DNA of 64,000 bases from NCBI GenBank assembly GCA_020063565.1, contig JAICDB010000008.1, forward strand, positions 39,914-103,913. Reading direction: 5' to 3'. Positions 37,002 to 44,893 of the stretch are shown in pieces (the stretch's first letter is position 1; each line of letters begins with the position of its first letter). A program made the translations under genes and the position numbers. The notes under the pieces were generated by a model. That model had not been told where the DNA came from and made no database searches. It saw nothing but the letters and a program-made list of their open reading frames with translations. Source of the DNA: Clostridiales bacterium. GTDB lineage: Bacteria; Bacillota; DSM-16504; Desulfitibacterales; JAICDB01.

Positions 37002-37826
37002 ATGCCAAACTTTAAGATTTTCCAGGATACTCCCGACCAGGCGAAGGTAAAAATCTATGGTAGCAATGATGTTGCATTTAACACTGACTCATCCGGTAAC
37101 CTGACAATTACCTCAACCGGCCTGGCAATTACAGCGCCTGCCAATGGTCTAAGCATCACCAGCACCGGGTTGGCAATAACAGCGCCAGCCAACGGGTTGA
37201 CAGTTACAGCGCCAGCATCCGGCCTATCCATTACTCCACCAAGCGGTGGACTATCTATAACACCGCCAACTAGTGGTCTGACTATTACCAGCACCGGGCT
37301 ATCAGTAACGGCGCCGGCCAACGGATTAACGGTTACAGCGCCGGCATCCGGCCTATCCATTACTCCGCCAAGCGGAGGATTGTCTATTACGCCACCGACT
37401 AACGGTTTAAGCATTACCAGCACAGGCCTTGCAATTACGGCGCCAACAAATGGGCTCACTGTAACTGCATCTTCTGATGGTTTGAAAGTTGCAACGGCCA
37501 CTACTGATGTCTCGGCCACCAGGGCTAACGTTACTGACACTGCAGGTACTCCCGATACAACTTACAACGTACTGGGTTATAAGACCTGGACCTTCGGTGT
37601 TGTAAATGCTTCAACTGCAACAGATGCCCAGGCGCTTGTCAAACTTCAAATCAGCCCTGACGGTACCAACTGGCAGGACGAAGTAAGTTCGGTAACAATT
37701 AACCAGAATTCTTTAGCAACATTTGTGTCTTCGATATTCTTAAAATATGCCAGAATTTACTACAGTGCTGTTAACGCAAGTAGTGCAGTAACTTTGAACA
37801 TCTTCTTCCAGGGGCAATCTGACTAA
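37002..37826 (+). CDS. Thr/Ser-rich repeat protein: short N-terminus, 15 x (7- or 9-residue xxxGLx[IV]) repeats, beta-rich C-terminal domain
   Basis: 274-aa ORF with the strong RBS AAAGGGGGG and no signal peptide. The repeats alternate TSTGL[AS][IV] and T[AP]PxxGL[ST][IV]. The C-terminal ~110 aa are non-repetitive. A terminator lies at 37877-37906. Confidence 0.8.
   Translation: MPNFKIFQDTPDQAKVKIYGSNDVAFNTDSSGNLTITSTGLAITAPANGLSITSTGLAITAPANGLTVTAPASGLSITPPSGGLSITPPTSGLTITSTGLSVTAPANGLTVTAPASGLSITPPSGGLSITPPTNGLSITSTGLAITAPTNGLTVTASSDGLKVATATTDVSATRANVTDTAGTPDTTYNVLGYKTWTFGVVNASTATDAQALVKLQISPDGTNWQDEVSSVTINQNSLATFVSSIFLKYARIYYSAVNASSAVTLNIFFQGQSD
37083..37490 (+). repeat. coding tandem repeat array (21/27-nt units; higher-order 129-nt unit at 37158-37286 and 37287-37415)
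   Basis: The two 129-nt (43-codon) blocks encode TSTGL..TAPANGLTVTAPASGLSITPPSGGLSITPPT.GL.I and differ mostly at synonymous or near-synonymous positions. Confidence 0.9.
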
Positions 37827-37876
37827 AAACTAAAAAAGAGAAACCTTTTAGACTCCCGGCTGTTCTTTTAAAGCTT

Positions 37877-37906
37877 AAATATTCCTCCCGTATGGGAGGA
37901 ATATTT
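37877..37906. terminator. bidirectional terminator
   Basis: 13-bp perfect stem AAATATTCCTCCC / GGGAGGAATATTT with loop GTAT, between convergent genes. Confidence 0.7.
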
Positions 37907-37907
37907 A

Positions 37908-39494
37908 TTATGGACCCAATCTATCTGTCACTTGCTTCACTTCTTCAGCATAATTAATTTCTTTGAGATTTTCTATGGTTTCCTCAAAAATATTTTTATT
38001 ACTAGCGGTTTCTTCAGCTAGATTACTATTTTTATTTACTTCATTCTCGCTGTTTTCCTTAGATTTCCTTTCCTTGGATTCATTCGATGCACTGCCGGTG
38101 GCTTTCACCTCTTCTTTTTGACACTTTTTTTCTAAAGGATTTGTATTTGCCCAAAAAGTGCTCTTTAAAATCATATTTGTATTCCTTTTATCCATAGACA
38201 TGGGTATTTCAGATAAACCATTGGGTCGGAAAATATTTTTTGCAAAGTGATATTGTACTTGTTTATTAGGTGGTAAGGTTTCTAGAGGATTGCCGGAATA
38301 ACTTTGTGTATCGTGTGCAAACTGAAAAACCGGTACGTCTCCCGGAACAGATAGGGGATCATAATTTGACCTGTGCTGGCGAGTGATTTTTTTTGTAGCA
38401 ATATTCTTTGCACGTATGTTTCTTTTTTGCGGCGCTGCTTGTTTTTTGGTTAGCGCTGTATTTTTAATTTGTATTGTAGGATTTTCCCGGTGACCAGTTT
38501 CCGTTTCCTCTTGGGGTAGCCTTATTTCCTGCTCATTTTTTGTTTCAACGCTTTTTTGAAGTTGCTGTTCGCTAGTTTGCCCTTCAAGCATTTTTGGAGC
38601 ATCGTTTGTTACTGTCATGTCATCATCTCTTACCTGTATATTTTCCTCATGCTGTGTTTCCATTTCAGCTACGGTTTGATTTTCCGGTTTTTCCTGTGAA
38701 TCATCTTCTTGAGCAGTTGGTGTTGTTTTGCTGTTAGAGATGAATCTTTTTATTGATTTAAGTTTTTTAAGGGATGCAATTTTTCTATTTTCTTCATTTT
38801 GCCTGTTAACTTCAGCTTTTATTTCTGAATATATTTCTTTTACCAAACTTACTATAATTTTGGTATCTTCTTTAGTTAAAGTCTTCTTATAATGTTCAAC
38901 AATACTGGAGGTTATTATGTTCTGAAATTTATCCCGTAAGTCTTTTAACTGTTCAAAATTGCTCAATTCAATTAACACAGTAGGTGTTGGCGAGTTAAAA
39001 AAGTACTGCCAGTATTTTACGTTAGTTACATAATCCCACCAGGATGCAACAGAATAGTTAATATTAAGGTCAGCCCTTGCAATTTTTTTGATAATTTTTG
39101 AGGCTAAGCTTGTAGCGCTATTGGAACTTTTTGAAGTAAAAAATTTTATGGTATTATAGTCTGTCGTGTAATTATTGTTGGAAAAACAAAGAATTATCTG
39201 TGCGTCAAGAAATTTTATTGCTTGCGAGCTCATATGTTTGTTGCTGACAAGGCATATTGCATCATGCCTTATAAGTTCCTCTTTTATGGAATTTGCCATT
39301 TCAGTAATGATTTCAACATTATCAAGTAGTTGTATTAAAATTGTTTTGCCGGTCAGGGGAGGAACGAGTTGCAAGTCACCGTTTTCCGCAATCTTATAAT
39401 TTATATCCAATAAATCACAGTTTTCTTGAAACTTTTGTAATAAGTCTTCTTCCAATGTAAGAACCGTATTATCGGCAAGTTTCACATTGATCAT
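37908..39494 (-). CDS. hypothetical 528-aa protein: N-terminal degenerate Amidase_3-like domain (tentative) + long E/K/Q/N-rich low-complexity region
   Basis: RBS GGAGGG. The N-terminal ~220 aa align by eye to the MurNAc-LAA fold (AQIILCFSNNN vs ADLFxSIHxNA; PTVLIELSNFEQ vs PAVLVExGFxSN) but lack the Zn ligands. No signal peptide. Confidence 0.7.
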   Translation of the reverse strand: MINVKLADNTVLTLEEDLLQKFQENCDLLDINYKIAENGDLQLVPPLTGKTILIQLLDNVEIITEMANSIKEELIRHDAICLVSNKHMSSQAIKFLDAQIILCFSNNNYTTDYNTIKFFTSKSSNSATSLASKIIKKIARADLNINYSVASWWDYVTNVKYWQYFFNSPTPTVLIELSNFEQLKDLRDKFQNIITSSIVEHYKKTLTKEDTKIIVSLVKEIYSEIKAEVNRQNEENRKIASLKKLKSIKRFISNSKTTPTAQEDDSQEKPENQTVAEMETQHEENIQVRDDDMTVTNDAPKMLEGQTSEQQLQKSVETKNEQEIRLPQEETETGHRENPTIQIKNTALTKKQAAPQKRNIRAKNIATKKITRQHRSNYDPLSVPGDVPVFQFAHDTQSYSGNPLETLPPNKQVQYHFAKNIFRPNGLSEIPMSMDKRNTNMILKSTFWANTNPLEKKCQKEEVKATGSASNESKERKSKENSENEVNKNSNLAEETASNKNIFEETIENLKEINYAEEVKQVTDRLGP

Positions 39495-39524
39495 TGTTAC
39501 CCTCCTATCACAAAAATTCTAATA

Positions 39525-39552
39525 TATAATATGTAGACAGTATTAAAAATGT
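39525..39552 (-). promoter_or_regulatory. sigmaK-type promoter candidate (AC-N17-CATATTATA)
   Basis: The reverse complement reads tataACatttttaatactgtctaCATATTATA. The -10 element lies 30 nt upstream of the ATG at 39494. Confidence 0.5.
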
Positions 39553-39576
39553 TATAAATTTTTATAAAAATAATCA

Positions 39577-39615
39577 TAAAAAAACACCGCCAAAAATCTG
39601 ACGGTGTTTTTTTTT
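39577..39615. terminator. bidirectional terminator
   Basis: ACACCG / CGGTGT stem flanked by an A-run and a T9 run, downstream of the CAP-domain gene. Confidence 0.6.
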
Positions 39616-39629
39616 AAACCCTATAAAAT

Positions 39630-40364
39630 TTAGTATTGGAACGTTTGTACTACGATAACATAGCCATTTTGGTCATATGAAATTCCAATTCCTACACGGT
39701 TAAAAACAGATCTTAAAATATTTTCCCTGTGAGGTTCACTTGCCATCAATAGTCGATGAGCTTTATATATATCACTTGTATAGGAGACATTTTCCCCGCC
39801 GGGAGCCATTCCATTATGGTTCATCCTGTTAAAGGGATCTTCGCTTATATAATCACTTCTTTTTTGGGCAAATTTAATTAATTCAGGATCTAAAGTTAAA
39901 GGTTCTATACCGCGGCTTGTCCGCTCCTCATTTATCTTATTAAACAGATACATAACTTCCTGGCTTACATTAACAGTTGTCTCTTGTTCATTGTTTTCCT
40001 GCAGTTGCTGGGGATCAGTGGGAGTTTGGACCGGATCGTTAGGCTGTGCGGGAGTTGTTTGATTATTATCGGATCCTAAAGCAGCTTTTTGAGCTCTTAA
40101 ATATTTAATTTTTTCTGCTATACTCTGAAAATTATTTTGACTATCTTGCTGATTGGTATTAGCAGTGTCAGGTACTGGATTTGAAGGTGGCGGTGTTTGT
40201 GTATTGCTTTCACCGCTTGATGGAACTGAATAAGAGGGCGCTTGATAATTGTTTAAAAGTTTTGCTGCTCCCCAAGATGATTCAGCAGGCGGGACATTAA
40301 ATTGAAATAACAAAAATGCTGATACTCCTGTAACCACAAATGCCTTAACAAGTTTCTCCTTCAT
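39630..40364 (-). CDS. secreted CAP/SCP-domain protein (YkwD-like)
   Basis: It has an N-terminal signal/TM segment, a Q/N/P-rich linker and a C-terminal CAP domain (INEERTSRGIEPL...HRENIL...VGIGISYDQNGYVIVVQTF). Confidence 0.8.
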   Translation of the reverse strand: MKEKLVKAFVVTGVSAFLLFQFNVPPAESSWGAAKLLNNYQAPSYSVPSSGESNTQTPPPSNPVPDTANTNQQDSQNNFQSIAEKIKYLRAQKAALGSDNNQTTPAQPNDPVQTPTDPQQLQENNEQETTVNVSQEVMYLFNKINEERTSRGIEPLTLDPELIKFAQKRSDYISEDPFNRMNHNGMAPGGENVSYTSDIYKAHRLLMASEPHRENILRSVFNRVGIGISYDQNGYVIVVQTFQY

Positions 40365-40591
40365 TTCTCGACCTCCTTTTATATTTATAATAATTATGTT
40401 TTATAACAATAAAAAAGGCAAATTCCATATTGGGAGAAGAAAAGAGCAAATTATGGCTTGTCCTTATAATTAAGTAATTCAGTGACAAAAATTACATTCT
40501 TTTATATGCATGTATTTTTTTACCATGCTATCACGTTTGAAACTTATCTTAAATACAATAACATAGAAAAAAGTTTATGTGAGGTGGGATA

Positions 40592-40870
40592 GTGAAGGAA
40601 CCTAAAGCTCGCATGTGGATAGATGCTCGCAACGAGGTTCTTGCTCCCGGTGACAGGAAAAAAGTTAGGTATTGTATAAAAAAACTTGCTGATAGTGAGG
40701 TGAAAAAAAGATTATATGAAGCCATTGGTACTTATGTTTATGAAATAAGGGTTGTATCGGAAAAAGAGAACGAAATTGATGTTGTTTATGATGAAAATTT
40801 TATTACTGTTACCTTCATTGACTATAGATTGAGATTGAAGGGGTTAAGTTTCAAGAAGGAAGGAGGTTGA
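40592..40870 (+). CDS. hypothetical 92-aa protein
   Basis: GTG start after the RBS GAGGTGG. No family was recognised with confidence. Confidence 0.45.
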   Translation: MKEPKARMWIDARNEVLAPGDRKKVRYCIKKLADSEVKKRLYEAIGTYVYEIRVVSEKENEIDVVYDENFITVTFIDYRLRLKGLSFKKEGG

Positions 40871-40919
40871 GGCTAAAACAAGATAAGCATTTTGCTTACA
40901 AAAATAGGGAGGTATTCAA

Positions 40920-41240
40920 ATGAGTAGGTACCCTAAAATTGAGAATTTAGTAAGAAAAAGTCAGCAACATCCGGGAATAGGTATAATAAATAATCCTCAA
41001 ATAAAACATGTTTATCTGTTCATTGATAATATGCTTTCAAAAAGGGATTATTCAACTATTGAAAAGGAACTAAACAACAATCCGGGAATAAGGGGCACTA
41101 AAATATTTGCTCCTAAAAAAATTAAGGTTTCATATGATTCTTCAATAACAGGACTTGAAAATATTTTTTATACTTTAATAACAATTGGTTATCCTGTCAG
41201 CAACAAAAATATACCTCAAGGACAAAAAAGCAAGGGATGA
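40920..41240 (+). CDS. HMA-fold-like protein lacking the CxxC metal site (paralogue 1)
   Basis: 106 aa with the RBS GGGAGG. The core VYLFIDNMLSKRDYSTIEKELNNNPGIRGTKIF...KVSYDSSITGLENIFYTLITIGYPV mirrors the ferredoxin-like HMA pattern, with MxSxxD in place of MxCxxC. Confidence 0.55.
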   Translation: MSRYPKIENLVRKSQQHPGIGIINNPQIKHVYLFIDNMLSKRDYSTIEKELNNNPGIRGTKIFAPKKIKVSYDSSITGLENIFYTLITIGYPVSNKNIPQGQKSKG

Positions 41241-41289
41241 TGTGGTAAATAGCAAGCAGTTGGTTTGCAAAAAGATGGGAGGAATCGAA

Positions 41290-41595
41290 GTGAGTTGGTA
41301 CCAAACAAATGATAAAGCGCCACATCGAAACAATACAAGTACTTTTTACAAAAAAGCTCATACAGAAAAAATCCAAAGTTCCGTAAGTTTCAACTTAACA
41401 ATTCTGGATATGGTTTCAGAAAAAGATTATCAGATTATCTCTGAAAGTTTGTTTAAATTACCCGGGATAGTGAGTATTAAGCCATACCAGCAACCTAATA
41501 AGTTAACTGTTACCTATAACCCTTATCTGGCAACTTTGGAGCAGCTTGTTTTTAATATATCAAAACTTGGCTACCATTACGTAAATCGTGCTTGA
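41290..41595 (+). CDS. HMA-fold-like protein lacking the CxxC metal site (paralogue 2)
   Basis: ORF 41185..41595. The likely GTG at 41290 follows the RBS GGGAGG and gives MSWYQ..., parallel to MSRYP... of paralogue 1. The core is FNLTILDMVSEKDYQIISESLFKLPGIVSIKPY...LTVTYNPYLATLEQLVFNISKLGYH. Confidence 0.55.
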   Translation: MSWYQTNDKAPHRNNTSTFYKKAHTEKIQSSVSFNLTILDMVSEKDYQIISESLFKLPGIVSIKPYQQPNKLTVTYNPYLATLEQLVFNISKLGYHYVNRA

Positions 41596-41603
41596 AAAAA
41601 CTG

Positions 41604-42566
41604 TTAGAGGCCTGGCAGGCCTTGTGAAAATTCAATTAAATCATTTAAGTGCAAAGGCAGCGCTGGTTTTAGTTCCTTGTCATTGATTCTTTTTAAGACA
41701 ATATACGGTGAAATCTCTCCATTTTGATATTTTACTTCATCAAAACGTAATAGAAAAGGTGTTTCTTTGGAAACTATTCCTCGCCATTTATGGCCTTTAT
41801 CAGCTGAAGTAAATAATATTAACCTTTTATTTTTCGTGCCAAATAAACCTAGTTGATTTTTGTCCTTTAAGAGAAGCGGTTGTCTTTCAAAGGGAAAAGT
41901 TTTTGAAGTAACAATTGGGGAATGTAATATTATCCTGTCGTCTTTAAACAAAAAATAATTTAAGTTAACGAAGTCAGAAGCTTTTTCAGCTGCTATTAGG
42001 TGCCAGTTACAGTGTGATAAGCTAATTTTTGTAAAAAATACTCGTTTCAGACAAACAAGTAATTTGCCCCGTGACCACTTACCATTCTCAAGACTATAAT
42101 TCCAGGCAATGAGGTTATTATTTTGAAGTAATATCAACTGTAACATTTTCTGTGATTGTGTTCTATGCAGGCTTAGTATCTCACTTCCGGAGAAGGGGGT
42201 GATTGGTAAAACCGATATCTTCCATGAACTGTCACTAAAACTGATGTGAAGGTATTTATTGGTTTGAGAAGCTACTATATGGCATTCATTTTGAAGGGTG
42301 GTAACTAGATAATCCTTTATTTCCGTTAACTCGTGTAGAATTTTCATTTTCCAGTGGTTATTGTTCCAATAGTAAAGGCTTAAAATTCCATGGGAATTTT
42401 TGAGTATAATGTAGGGAATTAAGTTTTTGCTCCAAACCACTTTATAATCAACAACATCTTCTAAAGAATTTCCTGCAATATTAAGTTCAAAATGAAATTT
42501 TTTACTATCCGATATTGTAAATGACCAGTAATCTCCTGTTTCATTATTTAAAAAAATTGTAATCAA
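41604..42566 (-). CDS. hypothetical beta-rich protein with one Asp-box (SADKGHKW), propeller-like
   Basis: ORF 41604..42602. The likely TTG at 42566 follows the RBS AAGGGGGGTG. The protein is rich in W/Y/beta-strand patterning and has no signal peptide. Confidence 0.6.
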   Translation of the reverse strand: MITIFLNNETGDYWSFTISDSKKFHFELNIAGNSLEDVVDYKVVWSKNLIPYIILKNSHGILSLYYWNNNHWKMKILHELTEIKDYLVTTLQNECHIVASQTNKYLHISFSDSSWKISVLPITPFSGSEILSLHRTQSQKMLQLILLQNNNLIAWNYSLENGKWSRGKLLVCLKRVFFTKISLSHCNWHLIAAEKASDFVNLNYFLFKDDRIILHSPIVTSKTFPFERQPLLLKDKNQLGLFGTKNKRLILFTSADKGHKWRGIVSKETPFLLRFDEVKYQNGEISPYIVLKRINDKELKPALPLHLNDLIEFSQGLPGL

Positions 42567-42672
42567 AAACACCCCCCTTAAATTTTGGGTAAACATGAAC
42601 ACTTTATCTTTTTTAAAATAGTATATATTAGATTAAAAAATATATTACTATCAATTTAAAGGAGGAATAAGG

Positions 42673-43296
42673 ATGTCAGATCAAACTAGCCAACAGCAGG
42701 TACAGCCTGGACGGTGCCCTGATGGAGTATGCCCGCCTTTTGATCGCATTGAATGTATAGTGGTGGATAAAGTTTATGACAGTTGTTTTCAGATTGAAAA
42801 TGTTGACAGAACTAGTGAAATTACTACCGGGCCTTACGGTGAATTTGAAACAGGGCCTTTTGCTGTGGGAGATACGGTACAGTGTATGTTAACTCCGGGT
42901 AAAGAAATAACTTGCAGGGAAATCAGCCGTACAGCAGCGGGAGATGGATTTTTCACCATTACGATAGTTGCAACTGTTCCTGTAACCCTAATTAATCCTA
43001 ACAATCCTAATGAAACTTCAGAAAAAGAATTTACATTTACCAAAACTGTAACACTGTGCTGTCCTCAGGGAGTTTCTCCTGACTGCAGTGAAAGTACTTT
43101 GCTGCACTGTGTATGTGTAGTTAGTGAAGTAGAAGCAGACGAAATTGAAGTGACCTGTGACTTGCAAATATGTTTAGTTATCAAGTGTATACTCAGAGTT
43201 CAGTTACTGGTTCCCAGCTATGGTTTCTGTGTGCCTGCACCTTGTATCACTATTCCTGGTGTGTGCCCACCACTGCCACCGGAACAGTGTTTCTAG
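42673..43296 (+). CDS. Cys-rich 207-aa protein (17 Cys; Cys/Pro-rich N- and C-termini), unknown family
   Basis: RBS AAAGGAGG. N-terminus GRCPDGVCPP...ECIVVDKVYDSC, C-terminus FCVPAPCITIPGVCPPLPPEQCF. No signal peptide. Terminator at 43311-43338. Confidence 0.75.
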   Translation: MSDQTSQQQVQPGRCPDGVCPPFDRIECIVVDKVYDSCFQIENVDRTSEITTGPYGEFETGPFAVGDTVQCMLTPGKEITCREISRTAAGDGFFTITIVATVPVTLINPNNPNETSEKEFTFTKTVTLCCPQGVSPDCSESTLLHCVCVVSEVEADEIEVTCDLQICLVIKCILRVQLLVPSYGFCVPAPCITIPGVCPPLPPEQCF

Positions 43297-43437
43297 CTAT
43301 CATCTGGAAAGACACCGTAATAATTACGGTGTCTTTTTCATGAGAAGATAGCCAAAAGCACCGTTTGAAATGAATGGCCCACCACTGCCACCGGAACAGT
43401 GCTTCCAGCTATCATCTGGAAAGACACCGTAATAATT
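43265..43437 (+). repeat. 61-bp direct duplication of the 3' end of the Cys-rich gene (43265-43325 and 43377-43437)
   Basis: GCCCACCACTGCCACCGGAACAGTG(T/C)TTC(T/C)AGCTATCATCTGGAAAGACACCGTAATAATT occurs twice, 112 bp apart. In copy 2 the TAG stop reads CAG and the terminator stem is broken. Confidence 0.9.
43311..43338 (+). terminator. rho-independent terminator
   Basis: GACACCGTAA-taa-TTACGGTGTC followed by TTTTT. Confidence 0.7.
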
Positions 43438-43443
43438 TTACGG

Positions 43444-44847
43444 CTAAAAATATCTGAAAAGTTTATCATTCAACTGTATTTTAATATCAGGATATTCAAC
43501 TAACTTATCATAAATAATTTTAACATACTGGCTTAATTTATTGTAAGTAGTAGCTTCGCATCTCAATACTAGTGCAGGTTGAGTGTTTGAAGCCCTGATA
43601 AGTGCCCAGCCGTCATTAAAATTAATTCTAATGCCATCTACATCTATTATTGAATATTTTTCGGAAAAGAAGGATTTGCATTCGCTGACAATTTTAAACT
43701 TAATAGCATCCGGGCAATCAATCCTTATCTCCGGAGTAGAGTAATATTCGGGAAGCTTTTTAAGCTCATCTGCTAAGGTATTTTCAATATTTGACAAAAT
43801 TCTTAACAAACGTGCGGAAGCATATATAGCATCGTCGAAACCGTAGTATTCATCGGCAAAAAACATATGACCTGACATCTCTCCGGCAAATGGGGCTCCT
43901 GTTTCCTTTAAAGCTTTCTTGACATAGGAGTGTCCCGTTCTTAAGAATACCGGTTGTACCCCCAGTTTTTTCAGTTCATCTATTAGACACTGAGAACACT
44001 TGACTTCAACGAATGCTTTATCTATTTGCGGGGTTTTGGAAAGTATCTCCTTCCAAAAAAGTATCATTATTTTATCTCCCCAGATAATTTTGCCCTCATT
44101 GTCAACGACTCCGAGTCTGTCACCATCCCCATCGTAGGCAATACCTACATCTGCTTTTTCCTTAAGAACAGCGGCCTGTAAATCTTCCAGGTTTTCAGGT
44201 AGGACTGGATCAGGAAAATGCCCCGGAAATGTGGGGTTAGATTCTGCATTGATTGGAATTACTTTGCAGCCTAAGGAAGATAAAATTTTAGGAGCATATG
44301 GGGAGGTAGTACCGTTACCGGGATCCACAACAACTTTTAACTTTTTAGGCCCGAGCTTAATCTTTTTTCTTATCATATTGCGATAAGCAGGAAATACATT
44401 TTCTTTTAGGAGGGAACCCGTACCGGTTATGAATGATTGAGTAGCAATTAGATGTTGCAAATTTTTGATGCCAGCGCCATACAAATTTTGGCCATTTACT
44501 GAGATTTTGAAGCCATTGTATTCAGGTGGATTATGGCTGCCTGTCACCATAACAGCTCCTTCAACGTTGTAATAAATTTGTGCAAAATAGAGCATAGGAG
44601 TAACAACCATTCCAATGTCTATGACATTAATTCCTGTCGATATTAAACCTTTAATCAGGAAATCTTTTAAGAAGATTGATGAAAATCTGTTATCATAACC
44701 TACTGCTGCTTTATTTCCGTTATTTTCTTTTAGGACTGTACCAAATGCTTTTCCTATCTGCTCGGCTACTTCCGGTGAAAGGCTTCCGTCAGTTGTTAAT
44801 CCCCTGATGTCATATTCCCTGAAGATATCCGAATTTACTTTTTTCAT
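43444..44847 (-). CDS. phosphomannomutase/phosphoglucomutase
   Basis: ORF 43444..44874, with the likely ATG at 44847. It has the active-site TGSHNPPEYNGFK and the Mg site GIAYDGDGDRLG. Confidence 0.9.
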   Translation of the reverse strand: MKKVNSDIFREYDIRGLTTDGSLSPEVAEQIGKAFGTVLKENNGNKAAVGYDNRFSSIFLKDFLIKGLISTGINVIDIGMVVTPMLYFAQIYYNVEGAVMVTGSHNPPEYNGFKISVNGQNLYGAGIKNLQHLIATQSFITGTGSLLKENVFPAYRNMIRKKIKLGPKKLKVVVDPGNGTTSPYAPKILSSLGCKVIPINAESNPTFPGHFPDPVLPENLEDLQAAVLKEKADVGIAYDGDGDRLGVVDNEGKIIWGDKIMILFWKEILSKTPQIDKAFVEVKCSQCLIDELKKLGVQPVFLRTGHSYVKKALKETGAPFAGEMSGHMFFADEYYGFDDAIYASARLLRILSNIENTLADELKKLPEYYSTPEIRIDCPDAIKFKIVSECKSFFSEKYSIIDVDGIRINFNDGWALIRASNTQPALVLRCEATTYNKLSQYVKIIYDKLVEYPDIKIQLNDKLFRYF

Positions 44848-44893
44848 CAGGTATCCTCTCCTAAAGTGGTACAATGATTTACTTTCTCTATTA

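Noticed and set aside
37083-37490. Possible CRISPR array, given the regular short repeats
   Set aside because: The repeats are in-frame coding units of 21/27 nt with no unique spacers and no cas genes in the window. It is not a CRISPR array.
37055-37540. 161-aa minus-strand ORF across the repeat region
   Set aside because: It is antisense to the well-supported repeat-protein gene and is itself just the reverse-complement reading of the repeats (GAV/PLV-rich). It has no RBS. It is a shadow ORF.
40592-40870. RelE/ParE-like toxin assignment for the 92-aa protein
   Set aside because: There is only a vague resemblance (..YEIRV...VVYDE..ITV..I..R). No adjacent antitoxin-sized gene is in the expected arrangement. 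It is left as hypothetical.
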